Shown here: one piece after another, positions 48,551 through 59,679 of the stretch
Layout of the letters: each line of letters begins with the position of its first letter
Numbering within the stretch: position 1 is the stretch's first letter
DNA from: Squalus acanthias
Taxonomy: Eukaryota
Direction of reading: 5' to 3'
Assembly (NCBI GenBank): GCA_030390025.1
Contig: CM059432.1
Span: forward strand, 89,652,001-89,716,000
DNA length: 64,000 nucleotides
Notes under the pieces: generated by a model
Seen by the model: the letters and a program-made list of their open reading frames with translations, nothing else
The model's database searches: none
What the model was told of the DNA's origin: nothing
Program-made: the position numbers and the translations under genes

Positions 48551-48900
48551 CTCTGTAATCTCCTTCAACCCCACCATCCCCCGAGATATCTGCGCTCCTC
48601 TAATTTTGCTCTCTTGAGCATCCCTGATTATAATCGCTCAACCATTGGTGGCCGTGCCTTCTGTTGCCTAGGCCCTAAGCTCTGGAATTCCCTGCTTAAA
48701 CCTCGCAGCCTCGCTACCTCTCTTTCCTCCTTTAAGACGCTCCTTAAAACCTACCTCTTTGACCAAGCTTTTGATCACCTGCCCTAATTTCTCCTTATGT
48801 GGCTCGGTGTCAATATTTTTATTCTTATAATACTCCTGTGAAGCTCCTTGGGACGTTTTACTACTTTAAAGGCGTAATATAAATACAAGTTGTTGTTGTT
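48551..48900 (+). mobile_element. L2 LINE 3' fragment
   Basis: Reverse-complement match to 17456-17820; ends AAATACAAGTTGTTGTTGTT. Confidence 0.92.
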
Positions 48901-49047
48901 ATTTAAATGGGCGACCTGCCTCCTGGGAGCGGATTGGCTGCCCGCCCCCCACCACCACCCTGTGCGTAGTTTTAAGCAGGCATGGGCAGAGCTCTGCTTT
49001 GTCTGATTAGAGACTGTAGAAAGCGGGCCAGTTTAATTCTACATTCT

Positions 49048-49204
49048 ATATTTTGGCTTTGTGCGATAATATAAAATGGGTGATAGTGAATCGGCAAATA
49101 GCGAATTGAAATAAATGGAAATGAAAATCGGGAGAGATGTAAATCAGACTTCCAGTTCGCTATCACCTGTTTTACACTATCACACAAAGTCAAAATCTAC
49201 CCCC
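49048..49204. mobile_element. Short palindromic MITE
   Basis: ~45-bp imperfect inverted arms ATTTTGGCTTTGTGCGATAAT...GGTGATAGTGAA and TTCGCTATCACC...ATCACACAAAGTCAAAAT. Confidence 0.7.
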
Positions 49205-51169
49205 ATACTGTGCTTAAATTGTACTGGTGTTAAACTGGAACATGCAATATAAAATTAGCTCCAAATAATGCCTTTAAAAAGTAATGCAGTTTACACTGCT
49301 TCCCAACTACTATTAACTCAAAGTAAAAAGCCATCCCTCAATATACCTGCAATAATAATGATGATTTAGAGATGAAAACAAGGTCAATATGTATTCAGAT
49401 CAGAGTGACCTGAAATTGTCAGGTTTCAAGATGAGCAAAGGTGAGTCAGCAGGCAAAGTAAGGCAATATGTTGACTCAGTCCAGTTGCTCAGCTTGGTTA
49501 AACACAACTAAATACCCTCATGGATCAGGCTCTAATCAGTCTGGTCAAATTGACTTCCTGCACCTGCTTCAGACCAACTTTTAGAGTTCCCTAAACAAAT
49601 TACGTGGATTGAAATGGAATAGACCAAGCACTCTGGATTTTGTCATGCCACTCTGCCTGAATGTTTAGAAAGATCTAGAAGTGGAATTATGCTGGTTCAC
49701 TATCAGGAAGCTAAGCAAACTTGTTTTCTTACCAGGTGTGGGTTGCTATAGCTCCATATGGCTCCTTTCTGTCTGTGGTGATAGTTCTGAAGGTGTTTGA
49801 TGGACATGTTTTTTAAATATCAATCTGTCTTAAAGAGCCTATCATAAAGGGTGATGGATTAATTGAATAACATTAACAGTGAAGTCCTTTCTGTGCTCAT
49901 TAATACTCTATCAACAGTCTCTATTCTACAACAGTAAGTGAATTGTAACCAAGAGACAAACTATAAACCCACCAATCCTGTGTTTGCAACAAGGAGCTGT
50001 GCTCGAAGGAAATGCGTGGCAGAGATAAGGCAACAACATTGTGCTGCTGTTTCTCAAACCCATGCTCCCTCAAGTGCGGTTCCCCACTGGGAGCCCAGGA
50101 TTAGTGAATTTACTTTTATGAAAAGACTCATACCACATGCACATCTTTCCAATATCATTTTGTTCTGCTTACTATGCTGCTGTGTATCTCTTCTATCTTA
50201 CCAAACTTAGCTCCCACAACTGCTACACCCCTCTTTATTCTTCTGGGAAAAAAGTTTGGTAGTGTTCTGCTCAGCCAGAGTGACTTCCTCCCAAGTTTGT
50301 GTACTCCATTAGTTTTCCATATAGCCTCCAAATTATCCTTTGATTCTTTGGACCACTTGTAGACAGCATTCAATCACTTTTGGCACTCGTCTCCTTTCCT
50401 CTTGATCACTTTAGCTTAGTTGGTAAAAAGGTCCACTTTTACATCATGAAAGGGTCTTTTGAGCTACCTGTCCACAGTGGCTTCTGCTTGTTCTGCAGGT
50501 TTTGTTTACTTTCTGTGAAACAAAATCCAGTTATATATATGTTATTAGCTGTGGCCATAATGCACTTACCTTCATTTTTATGTAAGAATTCTACTTGGAT
50601 GGATTTGCTTCAAGGAGAATAGGAAAAACCACAACTTATGCCTCCAGCCCAAATGTAGCACATTTTACACTGTTCTTTTAATAAAGCTTGCAGTCATCTT
50701 GTTCGAAAATGTTAACTGTGGTGTGGTGTGATATGTGCTTTCATTACTGTGTGCAACATTATGATATCTTCAGTTCCCTTATGTGGCTTTTGATATCCAC
50801 TGGATAAAGCCACCATTTCCCTTGCAGCATTGTGATGTTAGCATCAACAGTTTTCTAAAAGATTAACAGCTGAATTACACCATGTCCAGAAGTTTCTTAT
50901 ATACAGCTACTAAAAAGGTCATCATTTATATTTATATCATTTTGAAGCATCTTACCTCTGCACGAAGAATGTATTCTAGGACCCCTCAGATGTGTTGGAG
51001 GGTGTCTCACGTGCACTCATATCTAGATATGAATCTGCATTCAAATTTATCAATATGAGAAAGATATGAAAATTGATTATATCATCTATAAAAAAATCTC
51101 CCCTCCTCTTCTGAAACTAGTGACTCATGTATAATTCCACAGGCACCAGGATCCTTCCTGGGCCTTACC

Positions 51170-51360
51170 CACATGATACATCGTCATGTGTGAGTCTAGA
51201 CAATGAAATGTCAGCAAGATATTCAACCATGGGAGACATGAAGACAACCCCAATCATGCCCTCAGCTAATGTCCACACGTGTACTTTTCAGCAGAGGTCA
51301 CTGATTGGCAATCAGGAGCAAGAGCGTTGGTTGATGTTTCCCCTTCTTAGCCCTTTCAGT
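51170..51360 (-). mobile_element. Ancient SINE-like repeat (related copy at ~62025-62290, possible copy at ~7150-7300)
   Basis: GTGTGAG.CTA.A.A.TGA.TGT..GCA..TATTCAAC and TGTCCAC.CGTG.AC blocks recur at ~62040-62140. Confidence 0.5.
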
Positions 51361-51691
51361 CTAGTAAAAGAACATGGATAAAAGAATCATGTCCCTAGAT
51401 TTACAAAGAAGTGCTTTTTTTCCTACTAATGTGATGGACATAAATTCACTGTTTTCTGTACGATAGCTGCTTATTCAATCACTACTGTAGAGCTTCCTGA
51501 AATCTGATTGATTGAAGAAAGCTAGAAATGTTGGGTCCCCTATATGTTTTACTGTATCAATTATAGACATTAGCCACCTTATCTGTGGAAAAAAAATAGA
51601 TTTTTGGAAACACAAAATCATCACACAGTGACACATTCACCTATAGACTGTCATGTTTGCATTATGAATTAGGGGGAAGGGAAGTCCCATA

Positions 51692-51750
51692 GCTCTAGTG
51701 GCAGTGTGTTAGTCTCATAGCTGGAAGGCTTGTGTTCAAACCCCAGCCTC
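51692..51750 (+). mobile_element. tRNA-derived SINE head (decayed)
   Basis: A-box-like TAGCTCTAGTGG and B-box GTTCAAACC at tRNA-like spacing; no full cloverleaf. Confidence 0.45.
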
Positions 51751-54700
51751 AACTGTCATGCTTCCCTCAGCGTGGGAGTTTCACCAGCTCTTAGACAATC
51801 TGTTAGATTGAGCACTTCACAATAACCATGGGGGAGGGAAATGAACAGAACTATTCCTAGCCTACAAAAATTCACCTCCTCTTGGCCAGTAATGGAGCCA
51901 CACTGATGACTGAAGGAAGAGGTGTTGTGGAAGGCGGAGTACTGGAGAGCTATAGGGGGTGAAAAATGGAGTTAATTTACCCAGACACAGCCCAGCAAGT
52001 GTTTCCCTCTGCAAATTACTTTGGTGAATCCCCGGTTACTATTCATATAATCCTCAAGGGAAACCATGCCACATGTGCAAATAAAATGTTCTCTATCAAG
52101 TGCCATGCTAATTTTATTCCTCAGAGACTGAAAACATCTATTCACTAAGCTGTACACGTCCATACATTGTGTTTATCAGGAATATTTCAACAAATATTCA
52201 GCAAAGCTACCTGTGGAAATTTTGTATTTATGGCTTACTCTTGACAATATTCTGAAAACAGTACATAGCGCATCGAGATTTTTCTAAATTCTGAAATAAA
52301 CTGTTAAAATGGAAGCAATTCCATGCAATGGGTCGATGGGCACTGGTATCAAATAGAGGCATGGAACACACATACTTTTCACTAAAGTTTGCTTATAGCT
52401 TGCAGAAAATCAGAGGACTGGGTTACAGTATAAGTATTAATTTGCATACCTATTTATTACCCACATGACAAACGTGAGACCCTGATCAACAGACCCTTCC
52501 CCAAGGAGAAGGTGTTCCAATATTTTCCAGCACTCATTGAAGACCCAAGTCAACAACAAGTACAGGCTCAAATGGTAATCGGCTTCAATCAAGAGTCAGG
52601 AAGGATATTGAATCCAGCACTGACCGTTAATGGCAAAACTCTCCAAGTAAAGATTGTACCAGAATGAAACAGTTTTTGCCATAGATTCTTTTCAGACATC
52701 AACATTGCTGATCTTGTCCAGGCACTCATGACCTGTGTGCACCTTAGGTAGCAAAACTTTTTGTGAGATGAGTATATGGAATAAAAAGCAAATATGACTT
52801 CTATCAAAAAGTAGGGTTTGAAAATGTGCACATTTGGCTCTGAGATAAATTGGGCATCTTTTGGAAAAGAGAGCATGGCATCAATATGGAAGGAGCAATG
52901 CTCCTCAACCTCACTTCAATAGTACGTGGGGGTTAAGTTGGCTAACCCCGAAAATGGGCATGGGGATAGCGGTACGCGATTAACCTGCACCTGTTCATTG
53001 TGTTGCAGGCTCTTTTAAATGATTTCTGTGTGCAGTCAGTGCTACCCGCATTGTTAATTGGCTGTATGCACCAGCAGGGGGCCCGATATCGTGAGTGGCT
53101 AGCGCTACTTAAAGGCAGCCTGCACCTCTTAAAGGGGAGGTACATTTTGGCTGCAAGGTGTGGTGGGAGTTTTTCAACAGGCAATCTGGGCTGTGATACT
53201 TGAGCAATGGCTGAATCTGCGAGAGAATGTGCACCAAGGTTTTCAGACAATGCACTGAAAACCTTGGTGCAAAAGGTGGAAAGAAGGAGAGACATCATGG
53301 GCTGGATTTTTCCAGCCCTGAGGAGGTGGGTTTGGAGGCGAGACTGTTGGGAAAATTTGAAAAAATTACGGCGGGTTCCGATCCCGCCATCAACCTGCCT
53401 CCGCGCAACTTTGCCAGAGGCGGGCTTGCAGAGTCTGTTTCGGTCGCGCCTCCAGGCGGCGGGATAGGCCCTTAAGGCACTTAACTACCACTTACCTACC
53501 TCTAGAATGCCATTTTGAGAGGCCTTTCACATTTTCCCACATTTCCAGCGTGCTGCACATCGCTCCTGAAACACGCCAGCTAATCCTGTCGGGTTGACAA
53601 GTGGCTGGCTTCCTAACAGCTGCAGCTCCACCATAAAAACGGAGCTCTCACCAAGGATCAGTTGCAGGTGGCAGAACTTTGTTTTTTCAGGTCTTGGAGA
53701 ACTTTTTGCAGGTCTACTGATCTTGGAAGTGGTGAAGCTGAGATCCATCTCCACTGTGACCTCCTGGAAAAACCCTCTCCCCACATTGACTGAGCACTTC
53801 CTCAACGGAGATATCTACCAGCATCATGGGAAACATTTATTTCCTTTCATCCTGGACCTCGGATTCGGACGAAGAGCAGCCGTGGCAGCAGCAGAACCAG
53901 GAACAACAGCAGCAACAGGAGCGCCAACCTACTGCTCACTCACCTGATGGTGCACAGGGCAGAAGGCACCAGCACAGGGAAGCACGTCGCTGCAGGAGAT
54001 ACCCCAAAACAGGGTTTACAGGATGAGGATGAGCTTCCTCAACATGAGTGAGCAGCAGTGCTAAAGGAGGCTGGGACTTTCGTGAGAGGTAGTCGGTGAC
54101 ATCTGCGCACTGCACTGCTGCACCAACACCTGGAGCCCAGAGGAACAGGTGGACACCCCTTACCAGTGGCTGTCAAAGTCACCACTGCACTCAACTTTTT
54201 TGCTTCAGGGTCCTTCCAGGGATCATCAGCAGACATCAGCGGCATCTCCCAGTTCTCCGCACACACTTGCATCATGCAGGTTACCGATGTCCTCTTTGCA
54301 AAGGCGCCCAATTACATCCACTTCTCCATGGATCAAGCAAGTATAACCGCGCGTGCGGTTGGCTTTGCAAATATGGCAGGCTTGCCAAGGGTGCAGGGCG
54401 TCGTAGACTGCACACATGTGGCCCTTAAGGCACCCCATCACAACCTAGCTCTTTTTGTCAACCGCAAGGGCTTCCACTCCCTCAACGTACAGCTGGTGTG
54501 TAACCACAAGAAGGATATTTTGCATGTTTGCGCCAATACCCTGGCAGTTGCCATGACTCGTTTATCCTGCGGCAGTCTAGTGTGCCTCTGCTCTTCAATC
54601 CGCCAAACCAACTTTCAGGATGGCTACTTGGAGACACGGGCTATCCCCTGAAGATGTGGCTAATGACACCATTCAGGAGTGGTCATGATGCGGAGATGCC

Positions 54701-54774
54701 GGTGTTGGACTGGGGTGGACAAAAATGAGAAGTCGCACAACACCAGGTTATTGTCCAACAGTTTTATTTAAAAT

Positions 54775-54810
54775 TCCGAGCTTTCGGAGCTCTGCTCCTT
54801 CTTCAGGTAC
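54775..54810 (-). ncRNA. Minimal type I hammerhead ribozyme (antisense arm)
   Basis: Reverse complement reads TAC-CTGAAGA-A-GGAGC(AGA)GCTCC-GAAA-GC-TC-GGA (one stem I mismatch). Confidence 0.78.
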
Positions 54811-54871
54811 AGATACAGTGTAATCTGTGTAATATACTGTGTAATCGATTTGTATTCCCTCACTGTACCTG

Positions 54872-54906
54872 TACCTGAAGAAGGAGCAGAGCTCCGAAAG
54901 CTCGTA
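54872..54906 (+). ncRNA. Minimal type I hammerhead ribozyme (sense arm)
   Basis: TAC-CTGAAGA-A-GGAGC(AGA)GCTCC-GAAA-GC-TC-GTA; stem I TAC/GTA. Confidence 0.86.
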
Positions 54907-55583
54907 ATTTTAAATAAAACTGTTGGACTATAACCTGGTGTTGTGCGACTTCTCATTTTTGACCATTCAGGAGGTCATCGAACGAAGCTGAGGAGCGCTA
55001 CAACTCTAGCCACATTTCGACCAGATCCATCATCGAGCAAACCATCGGCTTGCTGAAGATGCGATTCAGATGCCTTGACAGATCAGGTGGAGCCCTGCAG
55101 TATTCAGCAGCCAGGGTCTCCAGAATCTGCTGTGCACTGCACAACATCGTACAGCATTGTGGCTTGCAGCTGCCTGAGGAACAAATGGCTCAGCGCATAG
55201 CCTCCTAAGACGAGGAGGAGGATGAAGAGGAGGAGGAGGAGGAGGAGAACGAAAACGAAGACCTTGCGGATGTGCATCAAACAGCTGCAGCAGCACGTGA
55301 GCACATTGCTGCCCAGGATGCAAGGGATGCACTCATCTTGGGCAGATTTGCTTAAGTTGCCCATTCAAACACATGTGCCTGGCACCTTCGTACCACACCA
55401 TAGACAATGGACAAGAACCTGTGGCTTCCTATCACTCTGACCACCATCATGACAAATCCAATTCGCCCTGAGCCCTCAATGTGGAACTTCAACAGTTCGC
55501 CATCACTTCATTTTAATACATTGACTAAAGGATGGCATTTAACAATTAAACACAACAGAACACTCAAGTGACTACCCTTGTGA

Positions 55584-57534
55584 CTACATGTGCTTAATCT
55601 TCCTCTTACGCGTGCTCCTGCGTGGTGCTTCCCCTGTGGCTTCAGCAGATATGGAGGCCCCTTGCTCACTTTCATGCTGCTTCTGCTTCGACACCTTTGG
55701 CGGGCATCCTCTGGGGTTGCTAGCCTGTGAGGGCTCGCCAACAGTCTGCTCCTCCTGCAGCTGTGCAGGGGCTGAGACGCCCATCTCAGTTGGGTGAGGA
55801 CTCTGGTGGGACTCTGACCAATGGCTCCGCAGTGGCATGGGAGTATGAGCGCTTCGAGAGGAGCCCCCACTTCCTTGTTGTCTGCCACCAACATCCCTCT
55901 CATGGGTCGGCTCCACTTCAGTGCTAGCAAGTGGCTGGACAGCACCTTGCTGCACATCAGGGGGGCCATGAGGACCCGTTTCTGCACTGGCAGTCCTACT
56001 CCAGAGGACTTCCAGGAAGGTCTGGTTTCTCTGATCAATAGCTGCCCATCGCTCCTCAAGAGATATCAGTCTATTCTGAACATTCACCATGTTTTCCACA
56101 CTCTGGCGACTTAGCTCCTCCATGGCCATAGCCATCCTCTCCTCTACCATAGCCATCCTTTCCAAGGAGGTTGCCATCCTTTCCGCGGTGATGCGTTCAT
56201 GCGCCAATGCCTCCACAAAGGCTCTGCTCGTGTTAGTGTTGGACTCCTCCATCCGCTCCACACTCGCAGTGACCCTGGAGGCAAAACCTGCCAGAGACTC
56301 CTGCACCTGTTCCTGGAGTTCCAGCACCGCTCTCCTTCTGGATGGACCCGAAGGCACAGGGTCGACATGCAGCTGAGCAGAGCTGGGAGCCCCCTGTGGC
56401 TTCCGACAAGGACTCTCCACTGCTGTCCTTGTCTCCACCATCTGCTGATGCTCACTTGTGAGCTGTGATACACCAGGTGACAACACTACTCTATGTCCCG
56501 AAGGTCCCACCGAGGTGTGCATATCTGCGCTGGTGCTGGGTGCGCTTAAGTCTGCTGACGCTGCACCCTCAGAGGTTGCAGGTTCCTCTGAGGAGTCTTC
56601 CGGCTCAGCCTCTTCCTCATGGACAGTGGGGATGGGGGCTGTCAATGGTCCTGCGGGGGAGTAAAGGCATGAGTTAGATATGTGATATAAATGTAGCATG
56701 CACATGGATTAGTGTCGATGATCATAAGTCAATCTGTTTGAGCATCAGAAGCCATATCAGTCACTCATGCAATGTCAATGAGAGAGATGTAAAACTATTC
56801 TGTCACCAGCTTGCTCTGATGTGTCCGTCTGTCTGTCCCCCACTTCCAGATCCTCCTCGGCGCCAACGATCTCTAGGGCTGCCTCCTCAGCGCTGGTGAT
56901 ATGGGCTATTGAGGGTGGCCCTCCTCTGGTCTTTGCCCTTTCCCTCTTATTGTGGGCTCTCTCTTCCTGCAATGAGGGACACAAGTGGAGTTTGAGTGAG
57001 AATGATGGAGTGAGTGTAGATAATCCATAGCATAGATACTTAGAAGGACACAAAGATGAAGTGAGGTCCCAATATTAAGGGCCCTCCGTGCATGTTGTTA
57101 GTTGTTGTCATTGCATAACAGTGATAGGGAGTGTGAGGGCAGCATAGTCGAATAGTTAAGTGACTGTGTACATAGAGAGAGAGGGAATGGTTAAGGGTGC
57201 AAGGAATGTAAGGATAAAGTGGATGTGTAGGAGTAGGTTGACAATGCAGAGTGATGGTCCTGAGAGGAAATGGGGAGCAGAATGAGGGTAAAGGTGATGC
57301 TATGCTCACTTTGCCTGTTCGGACAAGGTCATTGAACTTCATTCGGTACTGCAGCCAGGTTCTGCTGCACATCGATCTGGAACTGACCTCCTGGGCAACT
57401 TGCAGCCACACAGCTTTGGTCTGCTGGGCAGGCTTTTTCCTCCCAGAGGAGATTTGTGCTCTGGCTCCCTCATCCAGAGCATGGAGGGAGTCATCATTAA
57501 AGCGTGGTGGGGCCTTGGGCCTTGAAGTCGACAT
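55584..57534 (-). CDS. H5 Myb/SANT-like DNA-binding protein, predicted intact 3-exon CDS: join(57534-57310, 56966-56807, 56650-55584), 483 aa
   Basis: 225+160+1067=1452 nt; GT-AG introns of phase 0 and 1; no stop after splicing; APPRF..W..VA..RTW.Q..KFNDL Myb/SANT motif; basic C-terminus PRRSTRKRK; ATTAAA ~65 nt past the stop. Expression not shown. Confidence 0.72.
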
Positions 57535-59679
57535 TCCACCAGCTCCAAACACTATGAAGAGAAGCAATCACAAGCGTAGAGGCTGAAAATGAACCAAGGC
57601 TGCTTGGAGCCCTTAAATGCAGCTGGAGAAATGACGTCATCAGAGGCGAGTTTCAGGCCCATAAAACTAATTAGGCCAGGGGAGCGCACACGCTGGGAAT
57701 CAATTGGCCAATTACGGAAAAATAGCTAAAAAAGCCCGCCTGACAGCGGAGGCGGGAGCGGGACCCGCCGACCACCTGACCCGCCCCCAACCTGCCACCA
57801 ATGACAAAATCCAGCCTCCACAGGGAGGAAGGAGGTCTTCCAGACATATGCTCAGGAGGCAGTGGGAAGAAGTAGTGGCAGAGGTCAATGCCACGAGTGT
57901 TGCTCCAAGAACATGGATGCAGTGCAGGAAGAGCTTTAACAATCTGACATGAGTTCTCAAGGTGAGTGAAATAATCTTCAAATGGCATATCCTACCAACT
58001 GCAACACTAGCCTCGTCCACTGCTCAATTAACGACATCCCCCAACACCCACCTACCAACAATCTTTATCAATCAGTACTCAACCCCAACGTTCATAAGCT
58101 TTACCTCATCCTCACATACTTAGCACTGTTACTTGCCTCACACCCACAACTCACAGCTCGCACACTGGCAGCTATTCAACCATGACAGCCACATCACCCA
58201 AACATATTGCAGGATACTCACTGACACACTTCCCTCTTTCTTGAAGGAGAAGGTGACACTTAACAGGAGGCAGCAGGAAAGAACTGGAGGAGGACAAGCG
58301 CGCCTGCATGCTTTAACCCCCATGGAGGAGACAGTGCTGGCCATCATGGGAAGGGGCATCACTGAGGCAGTGGCCACTGGCGGAGCTGGAAGGAGCGATG
58401 GTGAGGGTATCTGCATAGCTAATCCTCCTTCTCTCATCCCACTTCTCCCCTCATCTCACAATCTCTTCTGACTCACAAGCTGCAGATGGCGTAAGCACGC
58501 ACTTATTACTTTCTCCTCTCCCCTCACCACAACCCAATCATTGTCCCTTTTTCATTTCAGATACCCAAGATCTGGAACCTGCCCAGTCAATGGAGGAAAA
58601 GGAAGAAGACAGTGAAGATGAAGAGACATCGACACTCAATCTTACACTTGCAGCCACCAGATCAGAGATTGATACTGGGCATAGTTTAGAGACTAGGATA
58701 GAGGAGGGATCTGCACGTGGTGTGACACCGGGCACAAGTGCGCAGGAGCCATGGTGGAGGGAAAGGATAGCGCAGGTGATAGCTCACTGTAGGGTGAGGT
58801 GACACACTAGTTCAGCTGCAGAGGATTCAGATGAGCACTTTGATGAGCCAGGCTACAGAAGAAGGCTGATAGGCATACATAACTAAATACTTGGTGCACT
58901 GGAAAGCCTGCCATAAAGCCTGTGCACAATGTAAAGGAGCATGGAGGAGTACAGCACCAACTTGGCACAGGGCTTTGCGCAGAGCTTGGAGCCCATCCTT
59001 TCCAACATGGAAAGGGTGGTCACCTCCATCAGCCCACCTGCGTAACCCACCATTATGCAGGGTCTGATGGCCGATGTCACAGTTTCCATTGCAGCACAAA
59101 TGGCATCCATCAAAGGTCTGAGTGCAATAGTGGAAGCTCAGACTGCACCCTTGCAAGCTCAGACTGCTGCCATTATGGTTCTGGATACCACTGTTCGAAT
59201 GGGCTTCCAGAGTATAACAGCAGTCCATCAATCTGTTCTCCAACAGATCAGTAGGATTGCTGAGGCGCTGCCCTGGGAGACAGCCAGCCCAGACTGCTGC
59301 CGCCCAGGCTGTGGCAGTGCAGTCTGAAGCCGGGCCGTCTAGGCCCAGAGCTACTCGAGATCATCCTGTAAGGTCATCTGCAGTCTCCTCAACTGAAGGT
59401 CAGCAGCCTACCACCAGCCATGCTGCAGCCACTGGGGAAGGACCTCGTACGAGTACTAGGACAGGCAAAGACACACGGAAAACTAGCACTAATGGAATGT
59501 ACAAGGGTGATTAGTTTATTTTAATATGCATTATGTAATGATTGAATATATAAAATTGGATTAGAATGTGCATTTTCTGGTGGTTTTATTTTTGTGTTTT
59601 CGGAAAAAGGACAATGTGATGGTCAGTGATAGAGGAAAGGTAAGGAGTGTGGGACTGTTGGTGAATGGGGAGGTGTGGT

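Larger units (their letters stand above)
47169..48960. mobile_element. GC-rich non-autonomous DNA element, copy 2, split by an L2
   Basis: Homologous to 8160-10456; boundaries approximate. Confidence 0.6.
54680..54961. mobile_element. Penelope-like inverted pLTR insertion, 12-bp TSD ACCATTCAGGAG
   Basis: TSD at 54668-54679 and 54962-54973; ~100-bp inverted arms 54720-54820 and 54861-54961; an extra ~40-nt tail on the left arm. Confidence 0.92.
53826..55355 (+). pseudogene. H5 DDE transposase pseudogene, interrupted by a PLE insert
   Basis: [60 protein letters not shown]; about 3 frameshifts and 3 stops. Confidence 0.93.
53299..57817 (+). mobile_element. PIF/Harbinger transposon H5, nested in exon 1 of the H4 Myb gene
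   Basis: TIR GGGCTGGATTTT and AAAATCCAGCCT; host protein sequence continues across the insertion. Confidence 0.9.
53207..59514 (+). pseudogene. H4 Myb/SANT-like gene; exon 1 split by H5 (53207-53298 plus ~57818-57961), exon 2 58247-58406, exon 3 58561-59514
   Basis: MAESARECAPRFSDNALKTLVQKVERRRDI | PQGGRR..QWEEVVAEVNA..RTWMQCRKSFNNLT; GT-AG introns; stops present. Confidence 0.88.

Noticed and set aside
50958-51024. Minus-strand exon candidate ending GAG|GTAAG
   Set aside because: Stops in all three frames and a weak acceptor.
51692-51770. tRNA gene
   Set aside because: Only decayed A and B boxes; acceptor and anticodon stems cannot be built; SINE head is more likely.
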